Origin: Candidatus Latescibacterota bacterium
GTDB lineage: Bacteria; Latescibacterota; UBA2968; UBA8231
NCBI GenBank assembly: GCA_965204725.1
Contig: OZ242005.1
Coordinates: forward strand, 2,336,001-2,400,000
Length of the DNA stretch: 64,000 bases
Direction of reading: 5' to 3'
Under the pieces are notes generated by a model. The model was not told the DNA's origin, made no database searches, and saw only the letters and a list, made by a program, of their open reading frames with translations. Shown here one piece after another: positions 40,733 to 49,365 of the stretch. Each line of letters begins with the position of its first letter. Position 1 is the stretch's first letter. The translations under genes were made by a program, and so were the position numbers.

Positions 40733-42472
40733 TTATATATAGTACTCGACCTCCCCATCCCGCGCCCCTTGCGAATGCGGTACATTGAGCGGACACCCGG
40801 CCTTGTAGTCGGGATGGAGCTGCGCCCACAGGTGATCGAGCGCGTGTTGGTTCCAGCGAAAAAAGTGGTCGCGGCCAATCTGCTCCATCAGCCCCGACCG
40901 CTCTAGCGCGTCGGTAAGCTGCCGTTTAGCCCGCGTGAAGTACAGGTCTAGCCCAACCTCGCGCAGGCGTTCAACCACCTCGCGCAGGACCTGTTCGCCC
41001 GAGGCGTCAATCCGGTTGATCCCGTTTGCATCGAGAACCAAGTACCTCAGCTCGGGCACGGCCGCGATCGTTTCGAGCACCTTATCCTCAAAATAACGGC
41101 TCGACCCAAAGTAGAGCTGGCCGTCAAAGCGCATAATCGCGATCTGCTGATCCGGCCGCAGCCCCGCGTCGCTGCCGCGCATCGTGCCGTCGAGGTGCCG
41201 AGCGAGAAAAACCACGCGGGGCCGCATGGTGCGGTAGAAGTTGAGCACCAGCGAGGCCCCCACGCCGAGGGCAACCCCCAAGTGCAGGTCCGGGGCCAAG
41301 ACCAGCGTACCGACAAAAGTCGCAATCCCAATCAACCCATCCTGAGCCTTAATCCGCCAAGCGGTCACTAAGGGTTGGACGCGTACCAAGCCGCACACCG
41401 CAGCGATGATGACAACCGCGAGCGTCGCCTGGGGCAGATAGTACAACAGCGGCGTCAGCCAGAGCAGGGTCGCGGCAATGACCAGCGACGCCACGACCGA
41501 GGCAAAACCCGTCCGCGCCCCGCTTTGATAGTTGACGGCCGACCGCGAAAACGAGCCCGAAGTCGCATAGCTTTGGAAAAGCCCGCCGATCACGTTGGCC
41601 AGGCCTTGGCCGATGAGCTCCTGATTGATATCGAGATGCTGCCGCGTCCGCGCCGCGAGGGTCTTGGCAATAGCCATGGCCTCCATCAAGCCGAGCAGGG
41701 TCAAGGTCAAGGCGCCTAGGAAAAGCTCGAACAGGATCGCCGCGTCTAAGTCCGGGGCCGCAAGCCGCGGCAAACCGCGGGGGACCGCGCCGACCACTGC
41801 CCCGCTAAAACCGGTCAGCCAAGCAACGAGCGTGGTGACCACCAGCGTCGTCAACATGCTCGGCAGCTCCCAGCGCACCCAGCGCAAAACCACCAGCAGC
41901 CCCCCGGCCAACGCGGCCATCCCAAGCGTCGGCCAATGGACCTCCAACAGCGCTAGGTCAACGACGCGAAGCGCGGCCAGCAAATGGCCCCCCGGTTGGG
42001 GCGCGACCCCGAACACCTTGTGCAACTGGGAAATGGCGATGATAAGGGCCGCGGCATTGGTAAAGCCGACGACCACCGGGCCGGACAGCAGGTCGATTAG
42101 CAAGCCCAGTCGCAACGCGCCCAAGGCGATCCGAATCAGACCGACGAGCAAGGCCAAAACCAGCGAATAGGCGATGAATAGCTCGCTGCCCGCAACGGCA
42201 AGCCCCTGCACAGTCGTCGCGCTGATGAGCGAAGCGATGGCCACCGGACCGGTGGACAAATGCCGGGAAGAGCCAAAGAGCGCGGCGATGGCCGGCGGCA
42301 GAAAGGCCGCGTACAGCCCATAGACCGGCGGCAGCCCGGCCAACTCGGCGTAGGCCATGGCTTGGGGCACGAGGATCGTCGCCACAGTGAGGCCCGCGAC
42401 CACATCGGCGCGCAAGACGCCCGGCTGGCCGAGTTCGGGCAGCCAACGGATACATGGAAAAAATCGCTTCAT
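40733..42472 (-). CDS. SulP/SLC26 anion permease with STAS domain
   Basis: PQAMAYAELAGLPPVYGLY, FGSSRHLSTGP, GSFSRSAVN, STAS DANGINRIDASG. Confidence 0.92.
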   Translation of the reverse strand: MKRFFPCIRWLPELGQPGVLRADVVAGLTVATILVPQAMAYAELAGLPPVYGLYAAFLPPAIAALFGSSRHLSTGPVAIASLISATTVQGLAVAGSELFIAYSLVLALLVGLIRIALGALRLGLLIDLLSGPVVVGFTNAAALIIAISQLHKVFGVAPQPGGHLLAALRVVDLALLEVHWPTLGMAALAGGLLVVLRWVRWELPSMLTTLVVTTLVAWLTGFSGAVVGAVPRGLPRLAAPDLDAAILFELFLGALTLTLLGLMEAMAIAKTLAARTRQHLDINQELIGQGLANVIGGLFQSYATSGSFSRSAVNYQSGARTGFASVVASLVIAATLLWLTPLLYYLPQATLAVVIIAAVCGLVRVQPLVTAWRIKAQDGLIGIATFVGTLVLAPDLHLGVALGVGASLVLNFYRTMRPRVVFLARHLDGTMRGSDAGLRPDQQIAIMRFDGQLYFGSSRYFEDKVLETIAAVPELRYLVLDANGINRIDASGEQVLREVVERLREVGLDLYFTRAKRQLTDALERSGLMEQIGRDHFFRWNQHALDHLWAQLHPDYKAGCPLNVPHSQGARDGEVEYYI

Positions 42473-42554
42473 CAGTTCGGTATGGGGCGGTTGACACTTA
42501 GTCGGCGGCCAGTGTACACTTAGCGCGTTATCACTTCAACAGGAGGAGGGCCGC

Positions 42555-43355
42555 ATGGACCCACACGAGCAGCAAGCCTTTTTTCAACAGCAGGGCTACT
42601 TAATCGTCCCCGACCTGCTCAGCCGCGGCGAAGTCGCCGAATGCCAGCGCGAGGTCCAACGCCTGCACCAACTAGCCGCCGATCTAGAGGCCAGCCAAGA
42701 CCCGATCAGCAACCACTTTCAGCGCGAGCCTTTTTCTTCGGCCCCAAACCACAACGGCCTGCCGGTCCTGCGCAAAATCGAGAACACCCGCGCCCTGTCG
42801 CCGTGCTTTACCCAGCTCGCGGCCCATCCCCGCCTCGTCGCCATCGTCCAATCGCTGCTCGGGGCCGACTTGCTCCTCTTCCGCAGCACCCTCATGCTCA
42901 AGCCCGCCTTCCACGGCTCGGCCCACGCCCTGCACCAAGACTCGGCCTATTGGCCCATGGAGCCGCCCGCGCTCGTAACGGCGAGCATCGCCCTCGACGA
43001 CGCCACCCCGGACAACGGCTGCATCAAGGTCATTCCCGGCAGCCACCATTGGGGCTTGCAGGAATGGGGCCACATTGCCCAACAGCAAGAGGCCCCGCTA
43101 ACCAACCGGGACGACATCGACCGCACGCGCCAAATTGACGTGCCGCTCGCGGCCGGGTCCGCCGTGCTATTCCACAGCTTGATGGTCCATGGTTCCGGCC
43201 CCAACCAGACGGACCGCCCGCGCAACACCGCGCTCTACGCCTATTTCTCACCGCACGTGCGCTACGTGCCCGGCGCCAACGGCCCGCAATCGAAGTCCTT
43301 CCCGGTCATCGCCGGCCTCAATGGCGCAGCCGAACACGTGCTGGTCGCCTCCTAA
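42555..43355 (+). CDS. Phytanoyl-CoA dioxygenase (PhyH) family protein
   Basis: HQDSAYW, NGCIKVIPGSH, VHGSGPN; AGGAGG SD. Confidence 0.9.
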   Translation: MDPHEQQAFFQQQGYLIVPDLLSRGEVAECQREVQRLHQLAADLEASQDPISNHFQREPFSSAPNHNGLPVLRKIENTRALSPCFTQLAAHPRLVAIVQSLLGADLLLFRSTLMLKPAFHGSAHALHQDSAYWPMEPPALVTASIALDDATPDNGCIKVIPGSHHWGLQEWGHIAQQQEAPLTNRDDIDRTRQIDVPLAAGSAVLFHSLMVHGSGPNQTDRPRNTALYAYFSPHVRYVPGANGPQSKSFPVIAGLNGAAEHVLVAS

Positions 43356-43431
43356 AGCTATGGTAAAAAAGAAAATTCTATCCCTAAGTGCCAAAATCCT
43401 CGGCGCGCGGCGGGTGGCAGCAACAGGGCGC

Positions 43432-43470
43432 AAAAAAAGGCCGACGCCCGCAATGCGGACACCGGCCTTT
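43432..43470 (-). terminator. Intrinsic terminator after infC
   Basis: AAAGGCCG...CGGCCTTT stem followed by a T7 run on the minus strand. Confidence 0.55.
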
Positions 43471-43489
43471 CGCGCTGCTCGTCCAAACC

Positions 43490-44011
43490 TCAGAGGGGCC
43501 TGAGAATGAGCGACATTTCGCGGCCTTCCATTTTGGGACTCTGATCAATGATGGCTACATCCTTGAGCTTGTCGGCCAGCTCCTGCAGCAGCCGGTAGCC
43601 CCGCTCCTGATAAGCCATCTGCCGTCCTTTGAAGCGGACGCTGACTTTGACCCGATTCCCCTTTTCAATAAACGTGCGAATGTGGCCCATCCGGTATTCG
43701 AGATCGTGTTCGGAGATATTGGCTCCGGCGATGCGAATGCCCTTCATCTGCACGTTTTGCTGCTTCTTGCGCGCTTCTTTGGCCTTTTTTTCTTGGTCGT
43801 AGCGGAGCTTGCCGTAGTCGATGATCCGGCAAACCGGGGGCCGCGCTTCGGCGGCCACTTCCACTAAGTCGAGATTGGCTTCCTCCGCCATGGCCAAGGC
43901 ACGGGCCGTTTCGATGATCCCCACTTGCCCCCCATCAGACCCGATGAGCCGGATTTGGGGTACGCGAATATCATCGTTTACTCTGGTAAAACTCTTTTTC
44001 TTTGCTGCGAT
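43490..44011 (-). CDS. infC: Translation initiation factor IF-3 (non-canonical ATC start)
   Basis: In-frame RVNDDIRVPQIRLIG...DLVEVAAEARPPVCRIIDYGK...VRFKGRQ; GGAGG lies 8 nt before the ATC at 44011. Confidence 0.93.
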   Translation of the reverse strand: MAAKKKSFTRVNDDIRVPQIRLIGSDGGQVGIIETARALAMAEEANLDLVEVAAEARPPVCRIIDYGKLRYDQEKKAKEARKKQQNVQMKGIRIAGANISEHDLEYRMGHIRTFIEKGNRVKVSVRFKGRQMAYQERGYRLLQELADKLKDVAIIDQSPKMEGREMSLILRPL

Positions 44012-44171
44012 TGCATCAACCTCCGTAAAGGGTGGAAAGCGCGGGCGTTTCCCGCAGGGGTTTTAATATATTCTCAGGGCGAATTAAAACAAGAAAAGAT
44101 TTGCTCCGTCCCGCTTTGGCAGCCACGAGCGAATAGGTTATTTTGCCTATTTTCCATCCGCAGGAAAGCCC

Positions 44172-45173
44172 ATGACCCGCACGTATGATGTCTATGGCGT
44201 CGGCAACGCCCTCGTGGACATCCAATATCAAGTCGCCCCCGAGTTCCTCGCCGAGTACCAAATCGAAAAGGGGGTTATGACCCTCGTCGATGAGGCGCGG
44301 CAACGCACCCTCACGGCCGCGGTCGGCCGCGAGCCAATCGCGGCGGCTTCGGGCGGCTCGGCGGCCAATACCCTCATCGGCGTCGCCTGCTATGGCGGCC
44401 GAGCCTATTACGCCTGCCTGACGGGCCGCGACGATTGGGGCGACTTCTACCAGCGCGATCTCGAAGCGGCCGGCGTGGCCACGCATTCGGCCAACCGCGG
44501 CGCGGGCAAAACCGGCCAGTGCTTGGTTTTTATCACGCCCGACGCCGACCGCACCCTCAACACCTTCTTGGGCATCAACAGCACCCTCGGCCCGGCCCAG
44601 CTTCAAGAGGAGGTCATCGCCGACAGCCAGTACCTTTATATAGAAGGCTACCTCCTCGGCTCGGACGCCGGCTTTGTCGCGGCGGGTCGAGCGCAACAAA
44701 TAGCCCAGCACCACGGCACGGCCGTCGCCCTGACTCTGAGCGATCCCTTTGCGGTCCGGGCCTTTCGGGCGCGCTTTGACGCGCTCTTGCAGCGCGGCGT
44801 CGATCTGCTCTTCTGCAATGTGGAGGAAGCGCTTGCCAGCACCGGCCTCAGCGACCACGAGGCCGCTGGCACGGCCTTAGCGTCCCAGGTCGGCACGACC
44901 TATATAACGTGCGGGGCCGACGGGGCTTTAGTGTACGCCGACGGCACTCTCTACCAAGTCCCCGGCATCCCGGTGCAAGCCATCGACACCAACGGCGCCG
45001 GCGATCTTTTTGCCGGTGGCGTGCTCTACGGGCTGTCCCACGGGTACAGCTCCTTAGACGCGGCGCGGCTGGGCTGCTATGCGGCCGCGCAAGTGGTGAC
45101 CCGCTTCGGGCCGCGCCTAGAACAATCGCTCGCCGATCACATCGTTCCCATCCTATCTCGTTTCTCAACCTAG
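44172..45173 (+). CDS. PfkB/adenosine kinase family carbohydrate kinase
   Basis: GVGNALVD, SGGSAANT, DTNGAGDLFAGG. Confidence 0.9.
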   Translation: MTRTYDVYGVGNALVDIQYQVAPEFLAEYQIEKGVMTLVDEARQRTLTAAVGREPIAAASGGSAANTLIGVACYGGRAYYACLTGRDDWGDFYQRDLEAAGVATHSANRGAGKTGQCLVFITPDADRTLNTFLGINSTLGPAQLQEEVIADSQYLYIEGYLLGSDAGFVAAGRAQQIAQHHGTAVALTLSDPFAVRAFRARFDALLQRGVDLLFCNVEEALASTGLSDHEAAGTALASQVGTTYITCGADGALVYADGTLYQVPGIPVQAIDTNGAGDLFAGGVLYGLSHGYSSLDAARLGCYAAAQVVTRFGPRLEQSLADHIVPILSRFST

Positions 45174-45186
45174 CTTGGAGGTCTCC

Positions 45187-46143
45187 GTGAAAATTCTAGT
45201 CCACTACCCATTCACCGACGAACAGCACGACCACCTGCGCCAGATCGCGCACGAAAACGGCGGGCACGAAGTCTTTGTGGTCAGCAACGATCAAGAGGCC
45301 ATCGCCGTAGCCGACACAATCGACGTCATCGTCGGCCACTTCCCGCCTGCGGTCTGCGCGGCCGCTCCCAACCTGCGCTGGGTCCAGTCCTTCAGCACCG
45401 GCATGGACAAATTTCTCTTCCCCGACATCATCGCCCGCGACGAAGTAGCCATTTCCAACGTAGCCGGGCTGTACGCCCCCCAAGGCGGCGAACACGCTTG
45501 GGCCTTGCTCCTCGCCCTGACCCGGGGCATTGATCGGTCGATTCGCCACAACGACCAGCGCGAGTGGGGCGGCGGTGCCACGGTCGAGCTAACGGGGCAG
45601 ACGTTGGGCTTGGTGGGGTTGGGGGGATTTGGGCTTGAAATGGCCAAGCGAGCGGCCGGCTACGACATGCCGATCATCGCCATTGATCCGGTGCGCCGCG
45701 ACCGGCCGCCGGGCGTTTGCGAGCTCAAAGACAACACCCGCGAAAACCTGCACAGCCTTCTCGGGCGCGCCGACGTGGTCATGATGGCCTGTCCGCTCAC
45801 CGAGGAGACCTATCACCTCATCGGCCGCGAGGAACTGGCATTGATGAAGCAGAGCGCCTATCTGATCAACGTGACGCGGGGCGGCATCATCGACGAGGAC
45901 GCGCTCTGCGCGGCCCTGCACCAAGGGCAAATCGCCGGCGCCGGTATCGACGTCACCGAAATCGAGCCGCTTCCCCCCGAGTCCCCGCTGTGGGACGCGC
46001 CCAACATCATCCTCACCCCGCACCGAGCCGGTTCCTCCCAGCACCGACCGCGCAAAATCTACGAGTTCTTCTGCGCCCAGCTAACGCGCTACCTCAAGGG
46101 CGAGCCGGTCCTCAACATCATCGACAAGAAGAAGGGGTACTAG
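45187..46143 (+). CDS. D-2-hydroxyacid dehydrogenase family
   Basis: GLVGLGGFG, INVTRG, DVTEIEPLP, ILTPHRAG; GGAGG SD before GTG. Confidence 0.9.
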   Translation: MKILVHYPFTDEQHDHLRQIAHENGGHEVFVVSNDQEAIAVADTIDVIVGHFPPAVCAAAPNLRWVQSFSTGMDKFLFPDIIARDEVAISNVAGLYAPQGGEHAWALLLALTRGIDRSIRHNDQREWGGGATVELTGQTLGLVGLGGFGLEMAKRAAGYDMPIIAIDPVRRDRPPGVCELKDNTRENLHSLLGRADVVMMACPLTEETYHLIGREELALMKQSAYLINVTRGGIIDEDALCAALHQGQIAGAGIDVTEIEPLPPESPLWDAPNIILTPHRAGSSQHRPRKIYEFFCAQLTRYLKGEPVLNIIDKKKGY

Positions 46144-46290
46144 AGAACACCTCAAGCGACCGAATACGGCTGATCTCGGTACGCAAAGCAACCACGAATG
46201 AAGCAAGGCAATACAATGAAACAGGAATATGATTTTTCCAAAGCCGCGAGAGGGAAATTTTTCCGCGAAGGGGCAGAACTACAACTACCA
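46143..46290 (+). pseudogene. BrnT toxin 3' remnant overlapping a BrnA-like antitoxin 5' remnant
   Basis: ENTSSDRIRLISVRKATTNEARQYNETGI* (to 46232) and MKQEYDFSKAARGKFFREGAELQLP (from 46216). Confidence 0.7.
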
Positions 46291-49200
46291 ATGTGCTCTG
46301 ACAGGAGTTCCCAAGCGGAATTTGCCCAAGGCCAAATCGTATGCTTGGATTCCGAGCCATCCATCCGGGGGGCCATCGTCGAAGTGTTGCCCGGAACACC
46401 CGAAGACCGCATCAAGGTTTTTGTAGATGGCAGTATTCAGACCTATTACGCATCTCAGTTGCGGGCCGATGATCAGGGCGATGGCGTCTCGTCTCTTTCG
46501 TCCGATCCGTTTCACGCCTACTTAACTGCCTTGCAAATACGCCATCCTAGCCTATCCACCTTGTACTCGCTCAACGCGGCGCGGGTTGACTTCATCCCCT
46601 ATCAGTTCCGTCCAGTACTGAAATTTATCCGCTCGGACCGTCCGCGCCTGCTGATCGCCGATGGGGTCGGCGTCGGCAAAACCATTGAAGCTGGACTGAT
46701 TCTGCGAGAATTGCAGGCGCGGCGAGAAATTCAATCCGTTCTCATTATCTGTCCTCGTCCCCTAGTGACCGAGCGCAAGTGGGAAAAGGAAATGAGGCGG
46801 TTTGACCAACAGTTTACCCATCTCGACGGACGCACCCTGCGATACTGTATCAGCGAGATGGATTTAGAAGGCGCGTGGCCCGATCGACATCAGAAGGCGA
46901 TTATGCCCTATTCGCTGTTTAACGAGGTACTTCTTCATGGCCAAAAGCGGACAAAGGGGCTGCTAGACCTCGACCCACCGCCGCAATTCGACCTCGTGAT
47001 CGTCGATGAAGCCCACCACATCCGCAACCAGCACACCTACGCGCACAAGGCAGTGCGGTTTTTCTGCGACCACGCGGAAGCAGCGGTCTTTCTCACTGCC
47101 ACCCCGATCCAACTCGGCGACCACGACCTGTTTGTGCTCCTCAATGCGCTGCGTCCCGACTTTGTTTTGGACGAGAAAAGTTTCCAGCATATCGCGGCTC
47201 CCAATCCGTTTATCAACGAGGCGGTCTATCATGCGCGGACCCAAGTATCGGGTTGGACAGCGCAGGCGGCCCAAGCTCTCGACCAAGCCGCCGCAACTCC
47301 TTGGGGACAGACCATGCTCAGGGCCAATCCTGAGTTTAACCGGATTAAAAATCAGCTTGCCGAAGATCGCGTCGGCACCAACGACAGAGTCCGGCTCATC
47401 ACCGACCTAGAAACATTGCACACCTTTGCGGGGATCATAAACCGGACGCGCAGGCGCGACATCGGCGCGTTCACCATTAGAAAACCAGAAACGGTTAATG
47501 TTCCATTCACCGCCCCACAGCAACAGCTTCACGACGCATTGCTCCGAGTCCAAGCGGACATATTCAGCCGCCTGCACGGCGACATTAACGTCAAATTCAT
47601 GCTGACCACAATCCGACGCCAAGCGGCGAGTTGCCTGCATGGACTAGCCCCTTTCCTTGAGAATATCCTGAAACGGCATCTCGACGAATTGGAATGGGAA
47701 GAAGCCGATGATATAGGGCTGGGGCCATCCGACGAGGCCATCGACTTAATCCAAGGGCAAATTCAAACTATCCTTGAAAAGGCACGCAGCCTTGATCCCT
47801 GCGATCCAAAGCTCGAAGCCCTACGCAAAATCATCCGCGACAAGCAACGCCTACCCAATAATAAGGTGATGCTGTTCAGCAGCTTCCGGCACACTCTTTC
47901 ATATCTATACGAACATCTCAGGGCCAACAGCGTCCGCGTCGGCATGGTTCATGGAGGAACGCCGGACGAAGAACGCATTGCGCTCAGGAGCCGCTTTGAG
48001 CAGCCGCGAGAGGTCGGCGACACACTCGACGTGTTGCTGTTCTCGGAAATCGGTTGCGAAGGACTGGACTACCAGTTCTGCGATTGCATCGTCAACTACG
48101 ACTTGCCGTGGAATCCCATGCGCGTTGAGCAACGCATTGGCCGCATTGACCGCAATGGCCAGCAGAGCGAGGCCGTCGCCATTGTCAACCTAATCACGCC
48201 GGGAACAGTTGATGCGGACATCTACGAACGCTGTCTCGTGCGCATCGGGGTATTCGAGAATGCTTTGGGCGGCGGCGAGGAAATTCTGGGGGAAATCTCC
48301 AAGGCGATCAAAAACATCGCCGAGAACTATGCTCTGAGCGAAGCGGAACGAAGGACCAAGCTACAACAGTTGGCGGACAACAAAATCCGGTTGGTACAAG
48401 AACAGGAAAGGCTTGAACAGCAGCAGATGGAGCTTTTTGGCATCCGTCTGCCCGAAGACCAGATGAAGGAGGAGATTGAAGAGGCCTCCAGTTTTTGGTT
48501 GTCTCCGGCCTCCTTGCAAAGGCTCGTCGCAATTTATCTGAACGATACATGCGGCGAGGAACGAGAATTCATCCTCGGCGAAAAAGCCTTGAAAACGCTC
48601 CGCCTTTCGCAGGAAGCGCGAACTGCCCTGTTGCGCGATTTCCAGCAACTCCCCAGACGCACCACGCCCGACCATCGGGCATGGGAAAAGTGGCTGAAGG
48701 GTGGCGAGCCGCACTTATCCATGACCTTCGAGGCGGCCTGTGCAACGCACCATCCCAACGCTGCGTTCATCACGCCGCTCCATCCTTTAGTGAAGCAAGC
48801 GGCCCGATCACTGGAGACCGGGCAACGAATTTTTACCGCGCTGAAGACACAGAGCGATGAGGCCCCTGCGGGCCGCTATGAATTTGCCGTGTATCAGTGG
48901 CGATTCCACGGCATTCGGGAAGATTGGGTGCTCAAGCCGATAGCCTCGTCAGCGGCTGTGACACCGCACTTAGGACGCCTGCTTGAGAACGCAGTGGATG
49001 CTTCGGCTACTGAGCCGGTGGATAGCGGCTCTCCAGTATGGGACGCCCTCGACGCGCAGCACCATACATTGTGGTCGCAAGCAAAGGAAGATCATCGGCA
49101 ACGGACGCGAGAGCTCGCCGAGTATCGCAAAGAAAGCCTGTCGAAAAGCCATCAAGCACGGATGGAGCTTCTTGCGGAACAACTCGCTCAGGCCAGCGAC

Positions 49201-49365
49201 GAGAAGCTGCAACGAATGCGGAGGTCGCAAATCGCGGCTGCGGAGGCCGACTACACTCGACGTCTCCAAGACTTAGGTACTGCGACGAAGCGAGCGGATA
49301 TTATCGCCGAGCCGGTGGCGTATGGCGTGATCGAACTACAAGGAAAAAGGCAACATGCCGAGTAA
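46216..49365 (+). CDS. SNF2/RapA-like SF2 helicase (N-terminus fused to antitoxin remnant)
   Basis: FIPYQFRPV, LIADGVGVGKT, VIVDEAHH, LTATP, EGLDYQFC, NPMRVEQRIGRIDR. Confidence 0.88.
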   Translation: MKQEYDFSKAARGKFFREGAELQLPMCSDRSSQAEFAQGQIVCLDSEPSIRGAIVEVLPGTPEDRIKVFVDGSIQTYYASQLRADDQGDGVSSLSSDPFHAYLTALQIRHPSLSTLYSLNAARVDFIPYQFRPVLKFIRSDRPRLLIADGVGVGKTIEAGLILRELQARREIQSVLIICPRPLVTERKWEKEMRRFDQQFTHLDGRTLRYCISEMDLEGAWPDRHQKAIMPYSLFNEVLLHGQKRTKGLLDLDPPPQFDLVIVDEAHHIRNQHTYAHKAVRFFCDHAEAAVFLTATPIQLGDHDLFVLLNALRPDFVLDEKSFQHIAAPNPFINEAVYHARTQVSGWTAQAAQALDQAAATPWGQTMLRANPEFNRIKNQLAEDRVGTNDRVRLITDLETLHTFAGIINRTRRRDIGAFTIRKPETVNVPFTAPQQQLHDALLRVQADIFSRLHGDINVKFMLTTIRRQAASCLHGLAPFLENILKRHLDELEWEEADDIGLGPSDEAIDLIQGQIQTILEKARSLDPCDPKLEALRKIIRDKQRLPNNKVMLFSSFRHTLSYLYEHLRANSVRVGMVHGGTPDEERIALRSRFEQPREVGDTLDVLLFSEIGCEGLDYQFCDCIVNYDLPWNPMRVEQRIGRIDRNGQQSEAVAIVNLITPGTVDADIYERCLVRIGVFENALGGGEEILGEISKAIKNIAENYALSEAERRTKLQQLADNKIRLVQEQERLEQQQMELFGIRLPEDQMKEEIEEASSFWLSPASLQRLVAIYLNDTCGEEREFILGEKALKTLRLSQEARTALLRDFQQLPRRTTPDHRAWEKWLKGGEPHLSMTFEAACATHHPNAAFITPLHPLVKQAARSLETGQRIFTALKTQSDEAPAGRYEFAVYQWRFHGIREDWVLKPIASSAAVTPHLGRLLENAVDASATEPVDSGSPVWDALDAQHHTLWSQAKEDHRQRTRELAEYRKESLSKSHQARMELLAEQLAQASDEKLQRMRRSQIAAAEADYTRRLQDLGTATKRADIIAEPVAYGVIELQGKRQHAE

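Noticed and set aside
40585-40878. N-terminal extension of the GSDH ORF
   Set aside because: Its upstream part overlaps the SulP 3' end and looks non-coding; the true start could not be fixed.
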